Source: Candidatus Omnitrophota bacterium
GTDB lineage: Bacteria; Omnitrophota; Gorgyraeia; Gygaellales; Profunditerraquicolaceae
Length of the DNA: 64,000 bases
Assembly (NCBI GenBank): GCA_030650425.1
Contig: JAUSED010000012.1
Coordinates: forward strand, 905 to 64,904
Reading direction: 5' to 3'
Shown here: in pieces, positions 18,935 to 28,004 of the stretch
Numbering within the stretch: position 1 is the first letter of the stretch
Layout of the letters: each line of letters opens with the position of its first letter
Program-made: the position numbers and the translations under genes
The notes under the pieces: model-generated
The model's input: the letters and a program-made list of their open reading frames with translations, nothing else
Databases searched by the model: none
What the model was told of the DNA's origin: nothing

Positions 18935-19654
18935 ATGGGAAAATTAATTCGGGTTCTTTCAGCTTTAGTCATGAGCGTAATGTTAGTTCCCATATTTTGC
19001 TCGGCTGATATTAACGACGACCTGAATTTAGCCGTCAAAAATAACGATATCAAAAAAATCAACGCATTGATAGCTAAAGGCGCGGATGTGCATGCCGCTA
19101 AAGACGTCAATGGCTGGACTCCCCTGATGTGGTCAGCATCTTTTGGTAAACTTGAAATCGCTAAACTCTTAATAAATAAGGGTGTGGATGTCAATGTCCA
19201 AAGTAATGATGGGGGGACTGCTCTTATGGTAGCCTCATACAGGGGGAATACTGAAATCGCTGAGTTTTTAATAGACAAAGGCGCGCAAGTAAACGTCCAG
19301 AATTCAGACAAATGGTCGCCCCTGATCTGGGCGGCATCTTTTGGCCGGTCTGAAACAGTAAAACTCTTGATTGATAAAGGCGCGGATGTAAAGGCCAAAG
19401 CCTCTGACGGCACTACGGCTCTATGGCGAGCCGCCTATAACGGCCATAACGAAGCAGTAAAGTTTTTGATAGCCGCTGGCGCGGATATTAATGCCCATGA
19501 TGTTTCCAATAGCACGGTCCTGGATGCAGCTGAATTAAAAAACCGCTGGGAGACGTCCCAGATTCTTAAAGAGGCAGGAGCTCAACGAGCTTCAAGCCTC
19601 CTTGGCAGTTCTAAACAAACGTATGGAGCAGAGGAGGATCAAGGGGAGGAATAA
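18935..19654 (+). CDS. Secreted ankyrin-repeat protein
   Basis: Signal peptide 'LSALVMSVMLVPIFCSA'. At least 5 ankyrin repeats ('GWTPLMWSASFGKLEIAKLLINKGVDVN' pattern). Confidence 0.8.
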   Translation: MGKLIRVLSALVMSVMLVPIFCSADINDDLNLAVKNNDIKKINALIAKGADVHAAKDVNGWTPLMWSASFGKLEIAKLLINKGVDVNVQSNDGGTALMVASYRGNTEIAEFLIDKGAQVNVQNSDKWSPLIWAASFGRSETVKLLIDKGADVKAKASDGTTALWRAAYNGHNEAVKFLIAAGADINAHDVSNSTVLDAAELKNRWETSQILKEAGAQRASSLLGSSKQTYGAEEDQGEE

Positions 19655-21055
19655 AATAGGCAGGAACTTTAAAGACGGCTGATTAAAATATTTTGCCGCA
19701 TTTAGATACCACAAGTCAACTCCTCCGTAATATTTAAAATCGGAGATATCTACTTTTGTATCGGAATCGATTCCAAACTCGCTAAGTTTGTAAACATTGT
19801 CATTTTTGGCGATTTTATGCTTGAGCATCATTATTGAGCCGATAATCTGAGCCGGCATCCCTTTACGCAGGCCCTCTTTTTCGTTGGCATTACAAATCGT
19901 CAGGTATTCAAGATTCCCCTGTAAAATACTTAATCCCTGGATTAGGAGAGAAATAAAAATAAGCGCTATCAGCACCATTTTGATTGCGCCTTTTTTATTA
20001 AAATAAACAAAGCAGGGTAATAGCCACAGCCCAGCTACCGGAACCAGATACCTCGGCCCCCAAGACCATCCTCCGTGCCAGCCATACCAGGCGGAAGTTA
20101 AAATAAAATTAAGCGCGATAATCGAGAGAAAAAAAACAGCTTCTTTGCGGAATAGACGGAAGAATTTATAATATCCCAAGATGCCCAGTATAAATATAGG
20201 GTTATAAATCAATACCCCTTTATCCAGCCAGTATAATAATCTAGCGCTATGCTCTTTAATCCCGGATAAATAAAAATTCATCGCCTCTAATCCGTAACCA
20301 AATTCAAGAATTTCACCAAACCTTAGATAATTCAAGAAAAGTATAAGGGCAAATCCGGATAACGCGGTAAAAAGGAATATGCCTGCATGCGTCAGGGCCT
20401 GCTTAATTCCAGGCCTATTTTTAATTAAAATATATAAAATAAATATAGGCAGATAAATAATATATAGTATTTTTAATAAAAGCAGGCAGGCAAAAAATAG
20501 GCCCCCTAAGCCCAAGCCCTTAAGGCTATTTTTTAAAGAGCAATAAATGGCTAATAGAAGGAAGAACGATTGAGCAGCCTCGGAAAAATCCCAGGCGCTG
20601 TAGCGCCAGCAGAATGTCCCCAGCCCCAATAGCAGAGCCATTATTACAGAGTTTCGATTAGAGCTTCCGAAAAATTTAATCAGATAAAACATTATCACGC
20701 AGGCGCCTGCCCCAAAAAATATGTTATAAAATGATATAAGGAAATTAATCATTACGTCTTCCGGGATGTTTATCAATGGAGCGATGGATTTTCCTAGAAT
20801 AATATAGGGGGTGAAGATGAAGGCCAAGCCTAAGCCGTAACGGGAATAAAACTTACCGTCTTTTTGCGATTGAAAACAGTAACCCGGCTGGCATCCATCC
20901 GCGGATAAAGAATGATTAGTGACGATGGATTTAGCGGTTTGTATTGAAAAATAAGTATCGGATATTTCTATATTTCCTCTTACGGAAAGGAAGTAGATGA
21001 GGCTGATCAGAATGAAGATTAAAAGGCCTAGGTTATTTTTTTTCTGTGTGAGCAT
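19592..21055 (-). CDS. Polytopic membrane protein, GT-C-fold (ArnT/PMT-like) glycosyltransferase candidate
   Basis: Multiple TM helices with a large C-terminal soluble domain. I placed the start at the ATG at 21055 (MLTQKKNNLG...). The ORF-track extension to 21367 would run antisense through the convergent SD and gene at 21178-21367. Confidence 0.5.
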   Translation of the reverse strand: MLTQKKNNLGLLIFILISLIYFLSVRGNIEISDTYFSIQTAKSIVTNHSLSADGCQPGYCFQSQKDGKFYSRYGLGLAFIFTPYIILGKSIAPLINIPEDVMINFLISFYNIFFGAGACVIMFYLIKFFGSSNRNSVIMALLLGLGTFCWRYSAWDFSEAAQSFFLLLAIYCSLKNSLKGLGLGGLFFACLLLLKILYIIYLPIFILYILIKNRPGIKQALTHAGIFLFTALSGFALILFLNYLRFGEILEFGYGLEAMNFYLSGIKEHSARLLYWLDKGVLIYNPIFILGILGYYKFFRLFRKEAVFFLSIIALNFILTSAWYGWHGGWSWGPRYLVPVAGLWLLPCFVYFNKKGAIKMVLIALIFISLLIQGLSILQGNLEYLTICNANEKEGLRKGMPAQIIGSIMMLKHKIAKNDNVYKLSEFGIDSDTKVDISDFKYYGGVDLWYLNAAKYFNQPSLKFLPILFLPLILLCSIRLFRTAKEA

Positions 21056-21190
21056 ACGCCATAGTATAACATAATTACGAAAAATATATTGTAAAAGCTC
21101 ATTTTTGGAATAAAATATAAATAATAGGAAACACCCCGCGCTTATCGGAATTGCGCGGGTGTTGTCTTGGTAGACAAGGAGGAGGTGCGA

Positions 21191-21895
21191 ATGAGAAAGG
21201 CATTGTTGGCGTCTAGCGGCATTGTTTTTTGTTTTTTCTTGTGCGGCGCAAGCGGCGTATATGCCCAGCAGGGAGAAGATTCGTCTGTTACAAATGTGGG
21301 TCAGGAAATAAGTTCGGATAAGCAGCAAATCAAGGACCAGAGGCAGGAGATATCGCGGAATGCGCAAGCATCTCGTGCGGAAGAAGCAAGCTTGAGGCAG
21401 CAGATTAAAGCTGCTTTAGATGCGGGTGACAGAGCAACAGCTAATCAATTGAGAGGACAACTTAAGGCGGCTCATCAGGAAAACGTCCTAGAGAAACAAC
21501 AGGATATACAGAGTATGCGCGATAGCAGGAATGAATTAAAGGCCGATGTTAATCAGGCTCGTCAGGAAGGATTTATGCATCCACAGGCTAATGCAGGCAA
21601 TAATCCTCCCGGGCCTGCTGGTGGTCCCGGTGCAGGGCCTAATAGAGGAACTAGAATGGATAGAGATAACAATCCTCCCGGGCCTGTTGGTGGACAAGGG
21701 AGTAATTGGGAAAATCGTCCCGGTCCTCAAGGCGGGCCCGGCGCAAGTCCTAATATAAGGCCTCAAGGAAGCAACCCTCCCGGACCACAAGGCGGTCCAG
21801 GTGTTAGCCGCGGTAATCCTCCCGGGCCTCGAGGCGGAGCCGGGTCAGGAAGAAATGCCGGCGCTCCACGTGGCGGTAAAAGCGGAAGAAAATAG
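21191..21895 (+). CDS. Secreted low-complexity Pro/Gly-rich protein with NPPGPxGGPG repeats
   Basis: ATG at 21191 lies 7 nt after 'AGGAGG'. Signal peptide 'LLASSGIVFCFFLCGASGVYA'. Gln-rich coiled region, then 5 'NPPGP.GG.G' repeats. Confidence 0.6.
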   Translation: MRKALLASSGIVFCFFLCGASGVYAQQGEDSSVTNVGQEISSDKQQIKDQRQEISRNAQASRAEEASLRQQIKAALDAGDRATANQLRGQLKAAHQENVLEKQQDIQSMRDSRNELKADVNQARQEGFMHPQANAGNNPPGPAGGPGAGPNRGTRMDRDNNPPGPVGGQGSNWENRPGPQGGPGASPNIRPQGSNPPGPQGGPGVSRGNPPGPRGGAGSGRNAGAPRGGKSGRK

Positions 21896-21902
21896 AAAAG
21901 AT

Positions 21903-21982
21903 GTCATTGCGAGCGAGCGTAGCGAGCGAAGCAATCTCTGAAAAACGAGATTGCTTCGGGCACTGCGTGCCCTCGCAATGAC
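21903..21982. repeat. Compound palindromic intergenic element (outer 11-bp IR GTCATTGCGAG/CTCGCAATGAC; inner 12-bp stem CGAAGCAATCTC/GAGATTGCTTCG; embedded palindrome GGGCAC-tgc-GTGCCC)
   Basis: Read directly. A related half-copy occurs at 29594..29626. Confidence 0.55.
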
Positions 21983-21995
21983 TCAAGGAGGATGT

Positions 21996-22370
21996 ATGGT
22001 TAAATTAGATGTCAAAGCTTTTAGTTTGGCCTTAGGTCTTGTCTGGGGCGGGGTCACTTTATTACTTGGGTTATTGGATACGCTCTATTTTTGGGGGAAT
22101 TCTTGGGGTAAGATGATGACGATGGTCTATATAGGTTATAGGCCTACACTCATTGGCAGCATAATCGGAGCAATTTGGGGTTTTATTTATGCTGCTCTTT
22201 TAGGCTTTAGCGTTGCCTGGATGTATAACCGTTTGGTTGAAGAAAATAACACGGAAACACAGGAGAAGATAGAGGCATTAGCCAAGAAAATCTGGGAGAA
22301 AAAAGGAAAGCCTCAAAATAGTTCCGCTGATGATTGGCGCGAGGCAGAGAAAACCATCAAAGGCTGCTGA
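21996..22370 (+). CDS. Small membrane protein with a C-terminal DUF2934-like segment
   Basis: ATG at 21996 follows 'AGGAGG'. Two TM helices. C-terminal 'ALAKKIWEKKGKPQNSSADDWREAEKTIK'. The ORF-track start at 21951 runs through the palindromic element. Confidence 0.5.
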   Translation: MVKLDVKAFSLALGLVWGGVTLLLGLLDTLYFWGNSWGKMMTMVYIGYRPTLIGSIIGAIWGFIYAALLGFSVAWMYNRLVEENNTETQEKIEALAKKIWEKKGKPQNSSADDWREAEKTIKGC

Positions 22371-23193
22371 TATAGCTGGTTATATCCTTGATCGTAGATT
22401 CAGGGGTAGAAGCGCCCGCGGTTATCCCTGTGCTTTTAGCTCCTTTAAACCAAGCCGGTTTAATTTCATCTTTAGAATTGACCCACCAACTTTTTTTGTT
22501 AAGAGAGCGGGATATTTCATAAAGCCTTTTGGTGTTAGCGCTTTTTTTGGAGCCGATGATAATCATTACGTCGTTCTCCAGCGGCATATTTTTTACCTCG
22601 TCCTGCTTGGTTCTCGTCGGTTTACAGATAGTGTTGAAAAAGACTAAATCCGGTATGTGGGTTTTTAGGGTATCGGTTATTCTGAGGACCGCGTTTAAGT
22701 TTTGCGTTGATTGCGCCACAACAGCAGCTTTCTTAAATTTCTTGATTTTTCTCAAAGGGATATTATTTATTCCGTCGATTACCAGCGCTTTATCTTCTAA
22801 TTGTCCGGCTATCCCGCGGACTTCATCATGTTCCTTATCCCCTATAATTATAATCTTATAGCCCTTCCTTCGCATATCCTTAGCTATTCTGTGTATTTCT
22901 TTTACCATCGGACAGGTAGCGTCGATAATTTTATAGCCGAGCTTAGCCGCCTTAGTAAATGTGTTGAGGGATGAGCCGTGTGCCCGGATTAAGAGAGTGC
23001 CGGATTTTGTTTTATTTAATTTACCTATTTTTTTAATTCCGGAAGCCTCTATCTGGCGGACGACATCTTCATTATGCACTATCTCCCCGAGCATATAAAC
23101 TTTTTTTCCGCATTTGGCGGTTTTAAAAGCTATCTCCAGCGCCCTTTTTACTCCGAAACAAAAACCCGCGGACTTAGCTATATTTATGCGCAT
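22357..23193 (-). CDS. ispH: 4-hydroxy-3-methylbut-2-enyl diphosphate reductase
   Basis: N-terminus 'MRINIAKSAGFCFGVKRALEIA', typical of IspH/LytB. 278 aa. Confidence 0.85.
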   Translation of the reverse strand: MRINIAKSAGFCFGVKRALEIAFKTAKCGKKVYMLGEIVHNEDVVRQIEASGIKKIGKLNKTKSGTLLIRAHGSSLNTFTKAAKLGYKIIDATCPMVKEIHRIAKDMRRKGYKIIIIGDKEHDEVRGIAGQLEDKALVIDGINNIPLRKIKKFKKAAVVAQSTQNLNAVLRITDTLKTHIPDLVFFNTICKPTRTKQDEVKNMPLENDVMIIIGSKKSANTKRLYEISRSLNKKSWWVNSKDEIKPAWFKGAKSTGITAGASTPESTIKDITSYISSL

Positions 23194-23197
23194 ATTT

Positions 23198-24238
23198 TTA
23201 GGTGACGAGTATTCTTTGCGAGAAGTCCATCAATGCGCCTCGGCTCTCCTTACGTATCTTTAATGATTTAATCGAGCCCTGGGCTTTATCAAGTAGTCTT
23301 TTTATTTCTTTTTTCGCGTAATCCAATCCCCCAGAGTCAGTGATAATCTCACGGATTTTAAGCAGTTCTTTATTGCCCACGCTATTTCCGGAAAAAACCT
23401 TTTCTATGGTTAGCCTGCGTATTTTATCGCTATGATTATAGGCATACCAGATAAGCAGGGTTCTTTTTGCTTCACTGATATCGGTGAGGTTAGATTTACC
23501 GGTTTGGCCGCTTCTGGAGAACGTTCCAATAATATCGTCTTTAATCTGGAATGCCCGGCCGAGATGCATTCCATAATCGAAAAGTTTTTTTATCTGGTTC
23601 TCTTTTGCTCCGCCAAGGAGCGCTCCCATGGCCAGGGGAGAGGCAAAGGTATAGTTAGCGGTTTTATGGTCGTAGATCTTATAAATATCGTTTTTAGTGG
23701 TTTTCTCTATCGGTTTTGTCCCCAAGAGAAGCTCGATAAATTCACCGCTTCCGGTATGTACAGCTGCCGAGATAAGCTTTCTTAAGGCCCGTTCTTTGCG
23801 CCGGGGATTCTCCTTAACCGCTAAAAAAGCGTCTAAGGCCAGGGCATAGATCACATCGCCGACGACAATGGTGAGGTCTTCGCCGCTAAATTTAAAGTTT
23901 TTTTCGTTCTTGAGATATTTGTTTAGTAAAGCGTGCATTGAGGGTTTTCCGCGCCTCAGGTCGGATTTGTCGATTATATCGTCATGGACAAGCATGAAAT
24001 CATGCAGTAGTTCCAGTGAGAGGGCGCTGCGATAGAGCCCGCAAGGCGCTTTTTCGGAAAATCCGAAATAGCCGATACAAAAAAGGATAGGCCTGATTCT
24101 TTTACCGTCGCGCAAGATAAATTCTTTTATGCTTTTAAAAAGCAGGGGAGACAGCTTCTTTAGGGGATAGGTTTTATCTATGCCGCGGGCATATAAAGCG
24201 AGTTCGTTTTCGATGCGTTTTTTTATTTTCAAAAACAT
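23198..24238 (-). CDS. Polyprenyl diphosphate synthase (trans-IPPS family)
   Basis: First Asp-rich motif 'LVHDDIIDKSDLRRGKP' and second 'IKDDIIG'. Confidence 0.85.
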   Translation of the reverse strand: MFLKIKKRIENELALYARGIDKTYPLKKLSPLLFKSIKEFILRDGKRIRPILFCIGYFGFSEKAPCGLYRSALSLELLHDFMLVHDDIIDKSDLRRGKPSMHALLNKYLKNEKNFKFSGEDLTIVVGDVIYALALDAFLAVKENPRRKERALRKLISAAVHTGSGEFIELLLGTKPIEKTTKNDIYKIYDHKTANYTFASPLAMGALLGGAKENQIKKLFDYGMHLGRAFQIKDDIIGTFSRSGQTGKSNLTDISEAKRTLLIWYAYNHSDKIRRLTIEKVFSGNSVGNKELLKIREIITDSGGLDYAKKEIKRLLDKAQGSIKSLKIRKESRGALMDFSQRILVT

Positions 24239-24320
24239 GAATTTATGTTAACATAGAGTTGTATTTAAGGCAAACGATAAATAATTTCCATCTACACGAT
24301 GTACAGATTTACCATGAGCC

Positions 24321-25211
24321 ATGTTTAAAAATATTGCCCGTGCCCTAAGATTACCGTTTATCACCGCCAGCATTCTGCCGTTTATCTTCGGTTCGTTAAT
24401 CGTCAGGAGAGACTTTAATCTGGCTGGTTTTTTGTTTGGCCTTTTCGCCGTGATCTTTACGCACTCAAGCGCTAACCTGATCAATGACTATTTTGATTCC
24501 CGGAGTGGTGTTGATTGGAAGGATAGGAATTTTTACGGTTTCTTCGGCGGCTCAAAGTTGATTCAAGAAGGCGTTTTCTCCGATAAATTCTATTTAAAAG
24601 CCGCGTTAGCCTGCGCCGGCATTGCCTTTATCAGCGTTATCTTTTTAGCAGTTAATTTAAAAAGCTGGTTTGTTATTCTGATTTATCTTTTGATTATCAT
24701 TTTGAGTTGGCAATATACCGCCAAGCCGTTAACCTTTTCCTATAATTATCTCGGTGAATTTTTTGTCTTTTTACTTTTCGGCCCCGCGCTGGTAATGGGA
24801 GGGTATTTTATTCAGACCGGGATCTTCCCCAGCCTAAAGAGTTTGGTTATGTCTTTACCTTTTGGTTTTTTTACCATGGCTATACTTTTTGCCAATGAGG
24901 TCCCGGATTTCTTCGGAGATAAACAAGCGGGGAAAAATAACCTGATAACTTTCTGCGGTATCGAAGGGGCTTTTCTTGTTTACTATACGTTGATAGCCTT
25001 GGGCCTCTTATCCATCTTTGCCTGTGTATTTCTGGGGTATCTAAGCATTATTGCTATTTTTTCCGCCGTAATAATTATACCCGCGATAAGAGCAAGGGAT
25101 ATTTTGAAGAGGGATTACTCTGATAAGTTTAAATTATTGCGTTCCTCGAAACTTACCATAGATATCCAGATGCTCACCGGAATTATTCTAATCTTGAACC
25201 TGTTGTTATGA
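24321..25211 (+). CDS. UbiA-family prenyltransferase (MenA-like)
   Basis: 8-9 TM helices. 'NDYFDSRSGVD' is a UbiA Asp-rich motif. Divergent from the polyprenyl synthase gene. Confidence 0.75.
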   Translation: MFKNIARALRLPFITASILPFIFGSLIVRRDFNLAGFLFGLFAVIFTHSSANLINDYFDSRSGVDWKDRNFYGFFGGSKLIQEGVFSDKFYLKAALACAGIAFISVIFLAVNLKSWFVILIYLLIIILSWQYTAKPLTFSYNYLGEFFVFLLFGPALVMGGYFIQTGIFPSLKSLVMSLPFGFFTMAILFANEVPDFFGDKQAGKNNLITFCGIEGAFLVYYTLIALGLLSIFACVFLGYLSIIAIFSAVIIIPAIRARDILKRDYSDKFKLLRSSKLTIDIQMLTGIILILNLLL

Positions 25212-26338
25212 AAAAAGTTATTATTATCGGCGGAGGTTTTGCCGGATTAGCCAGCCTTTTTAGGCTGAGCCGCTACAAAAAGCGGTTTGATTTGGCAATC
25301 ACTCTGATTAGCGATAGGGAGCAGGTTAATTTCTTACCTATGCTTCCGGATTGCTTAGGTAGAAGCGTAAAAACCAAACACCTGCTTTTTAATTTGGCTG
25401 ATTTAAGCGCCAAAAAATATTTCAATCTTCTGAAGAGCAGAGTTATTGCCGTAGACTTGAAGAAAAAAGAGGTTGTTACCTCCGGGCAATCCCTAAACTA
25501 CGATTTTTTAATTATCTCAAGCGGCACGGAAACAAATTTCTACGGCAATAACATGGCCAGAGAGCATTCTTTTAAACTTGACAGTGTCGAAGACGCCGCG
25601 TTCTTATTCGAGGCGTTAGAGAAAAATAGCTATGCTGCTTACCTGATCGCCGGCGGAGGTTACACCGGAATAGAGGTGGCTACAAATTTAAGGGTTTATT
25701 TAGAGAAGAGAAAGATAGGCAGGAAAATAGTGATCATAGAGCGCGCGCCCGCCATCTTGGGGCCCCTGCCGCAGTGGTTGAAGAATTGTGTTGAAGACAA
25801 TCTTAAAAGGCTCGATATAGAGGTAATCGTTAATTCCACTATTGAAAAGATTGAAACCGAAAGCACAAGCTTAGCTGACGGAAGAACCTTCAATCATGCT
25901 ATGCTTATTTGGGCTGCGGGCGTAAGAACTGCCGATTTTATCCAGAATTTGGAAGTAGAAAAAAATCCGCAGGGCAGGATTAAGGTCGATGAGTATCTTA
26001 GGGTTAATGACGCCTGTTTTGCCGCAGGGGACACCGCGTATTTTCTCTATAAGCATAATTTTTTAAGGATGGCTGTACAATTTGCCATAGCCCAAGGCGC
26101 CTGTAGTGCCAAGAATATCATCAGGAGTTTAGCCGGGAAGAGATTGATTGAATATAAGGCTGCGGACCTCGGGCTCATTGTTCCAATGGCGAATAATCAT
26201 GGCTGCGGAAGAATTTTAGGGATGAAGATGCGGGGATTTTTACCCGTATTCTTCCATTATTTTATGTGTATTTACCGCTCCTATGGTTTTAAGAACAAAA
26301 TAGGGATTATTAAAGATTTAGTTACAGGCAATGCGTAA
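25208..26338 (+). CDS. FAD-dependent pyridine nucleotide-disulfide oxidoreductase, type II NADH dehydrogenase-like
   Basis: Two dinucleotide-binding motifs, 'IIIGGGFAGL' and 'IAGGGYTGIEVA'. Confidence 0.75.
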   Translation: MKKVIIIGGGFAGLASLFRLSRYKKRFDLAITLISDREQVNFLPMLPDCLGRSVKTKHLLFNLADLSAKKYFNLLKSRVIAVDLKKKEVVTSGQSLNYDFLIISSGTETNFYGNNMAREHSFKLDSVEDAAFLFEALEKNSYAAYLIAGGGYTGIEVATNLRVYLEKRKIGRKIVIIERAPAILGPLPQWLKNCVEDNLKRLDIEVIVNSTIEKIETESTSLADGRTFNHAMLIWAAGVRTADFIQNLEVEKNPQGRIKVDEYLRVNDACFAAGDTAYFLYKHNFLRMAVQFAIAQGACSAKNIIRSLAGKRLIEYKAADLGLIVPMANNHGCGRILGMKMRGFLPVFFHYFMCIYRSYGFKNKIGIIKDLVTGNA

Positions 26339-27176
26339 CGCTTTTAAGAAAAATAATTTTATTGAGCATTCCATAAAGGGCGTATTGTTGTTTTTTAAAG
26401 ATTCGGTTTTATCCGAGGAGCAGGCGTCCTACCGCGGATTCCTGCAGTCAATCGACCCCCGGGTCAAAACAATTACAGTTATATCGCTTTGTATCGCGGT
26501 ACTGGTTACCAAGAATATATATGCGTTAATCTTTTTGTATTCTTTTTCAATTTTACTGGCAGCTATTTCCAAGCTGAATTTAGGATTCTTTCTAAAAAGG
26601 ACCTGGGTTTTTATTCCGCTATTTTCACTTTTTATCGCTATCCCGGCGGTCTTTAGTTTTGTCAGCCCCGGCGAGGCCCTGGTTACTTTTAAATTTATTG
26701 GCTTCAATCTAGCGATCACGCGGCAGGGTTTAGCGGGAGCGATTTTATTCGTATCCCGTGTCGCTGCCTCGGTATCGCTAGTCATCTTGCTTAGCCTCTC
26801 CACCCGTCAATCTGCCCTGCTTAAGGTTTTACGCGTGCTTAAGGTGCCGCAAGTTTTTGTGATGGTTCTAGGTATGTCTTACCGGTACATCTATCTTTTT
26901 ATGGAGATAGTCGAGAATACTTACCTCGGGATAAAGAGCCGTACCGGCGCCTTAATTCATTACCAAAAGGGGCAGTCAATAGTAGCTTGGAATATCGCGA
27001 CGCTTTGGCAGAGGTCTTTTAAGTTAAACGAAGATGTTTACAGCGCTATGCTCTCGCGAGGCTATAGGGGAGAACCGGTTTTAATCGAAGAATTTAAAAC
27101 TACTTTCAAGGATTGGGTTTGGATTTGTTTTGTAGCGATAATATTCATCGGGGTAATCATATTTAGAAATGGATGA
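26331..27176 (+). CDS. ECF transporter transmembrane (T) component, CbiQ/EcfT family
   Basis: Polytopic membrane protein, overlapping the downstream ECF ATPase gene. Confidence 0.65.
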   Translation: MRNAFKKNNFIEHSIKGVLLFFKDSVLSEEQASYRGFLQSIDPRVKTITVISLCIAVLVTKNIYALIFLYSFSILLAAISKLNLGFFLKRTWVFIPLFSLFIAIPAVFSFVSPGEALVTFKFIGFNLAITRQGLAGAILFVSRVAASVSLVILLSLSTRQSALLKVLRVLKVPQVFVMVLGMSYRYIYLFMEIVENTYLGIKSRTGALIHYQKGQSIVAWNIATLWQRSFKLNEDVYSAMLSRGYRGEPVLIEEFKTTFKDWVWICFVAIIFIGVIIFRNG

Positions 27177-27981
27177 ATTAATCTTTAAGTTAAATAACGT
27201 GCATTTTTCCTATCTTAAAAAGTATCCGGCTCTCTGCGGGATAGATATGCAGATTGCTAAGGGCCAAAAAATAGCCATCCTTGGCGCTAACGGCTCGGGG
27301 AAATCCACGCTTTTACAGCTTTTGGACGCGCTCATTTTTCCTGATCAAGGGAATATTCAGGCGTTTGAGCGCCAACTTCGCGAAGCCGATTTTAATGATG
27401 CTTCTTTCTGCCGGAATTTCAGGAAGAGGGTAGGTTTAGTTTTCCAGAATCCGGATATCCAGCTTTTTTGTCCGACGGTAAAAGAGGATATTTTCTTTGG
27501 GCCTTTGCAGTTGGGGATGGATAGGCCTAAGATTGAAAAGCAGGTAGGAGAAATTATTGAAGGCTTAGGGATAGCAGATTTACTGGAGCGTTCTCCGCAC
27601 CAGCTAAGCGTGGGGGAGAAACGTAAAGTGGCAATAGCCTCTGTTTTGGCAATTGATCCGGAGATCATCCTTTTGGATGAGCCGACAGCTGGGCTTGACC
27701 CGCAGACTTCCCGGCACATAATGGATATTATTATCGAAGCTAATGAAAAGGGTAAAACGATTATTACTGCGACTCATGATTTACATATTGTAGAAGAGAT
27801 AGCCGATAAAGCTTACATCTTAAGCCGCCAGAAACGAATAGCCTTGAGTGGTCCGGTAGTAGAGTTGTTAAGCGACGCGGAATTACTGCGCGAGCATAAC
27901 CTGATGCATATTCATAAGCATAGGCATCAAGGTCAAGCGCATATTCATTCCCATCAGCATCTGGATCATCATCAGCATTAA
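27169..27981 (+). CDS. ECF/ABC transporter ATPase (CbiO/EcfA-like) with a His-rich C-terminal tail
   Basis: Walker A 'GANGSGKST', signature 'LSVGEKRKV', Walker B 'ILLDEPTAGLD'. Tail 'HKHRHQGQAHIHSHQHLDHHQH'. Confidence 0.85.
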   Translation: MDELIFKLNNVHFSYLKKYPALCGIDMQIAKGQKIAILGANGSGKSTLLQLLDALIFPDQGNIQAFERQLREADFNDASFCRNFRKRVGLVFQNPDIQLFCPTVKEDIFFGPLQLGMDRPKIEKQVGEIIEGLGIADLLERSPHQLSVGEKRKVAIASVLAIDPEIILLDEPTAGLDPQTSRHIMDIIIEANEKGKTIITATHDLHIVEEIADKAYILSRQKRIALSGPVVELLSDAELLREHNLMHIHKHRHQGQAHIHSHQHLDHHQH

Positions 27982-28004
27982 TTATGTTGTATTATTAAGG
28001 TAAA

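Noticed and set aside
21055-21367. N-terminal 104-codon extension of the minus-strand membrane protein (ORF-track start 21367)
   Set aside because: The extension is antisense to the SD, signal peptide and start of the convergent gene at 21191. The internal ATG at 21055 (MLTQKKNNLG...) gives a sensible TM-protein N-terminus.
21191-21895. Calling the Pro/Gly-rich protein a collagen-like protein
   Set aside because: The G-X-Y periodicity is kept for only about 3 triplets per repeat (GPAGGPGAG) before an N-P break. That is too short for a collagen triple-helix domain, so I describe it as a low-complexity NPPGP-repeat protein.
21804-21986. Minus-strand 60-aa ORF overlapping the palindromic element at 21903..21982
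   Set aside because: The element's dyad symmetry creates open frames on both strands. There is no start context, so this is an artefact of the repeat.
22330-22861. Plus-strand ORFs 22330..22647 and 22529..22861 antisense to ispH
   Set aside because: They overlap the clearly identified ispH gene on the opposite strand and have no independent support.
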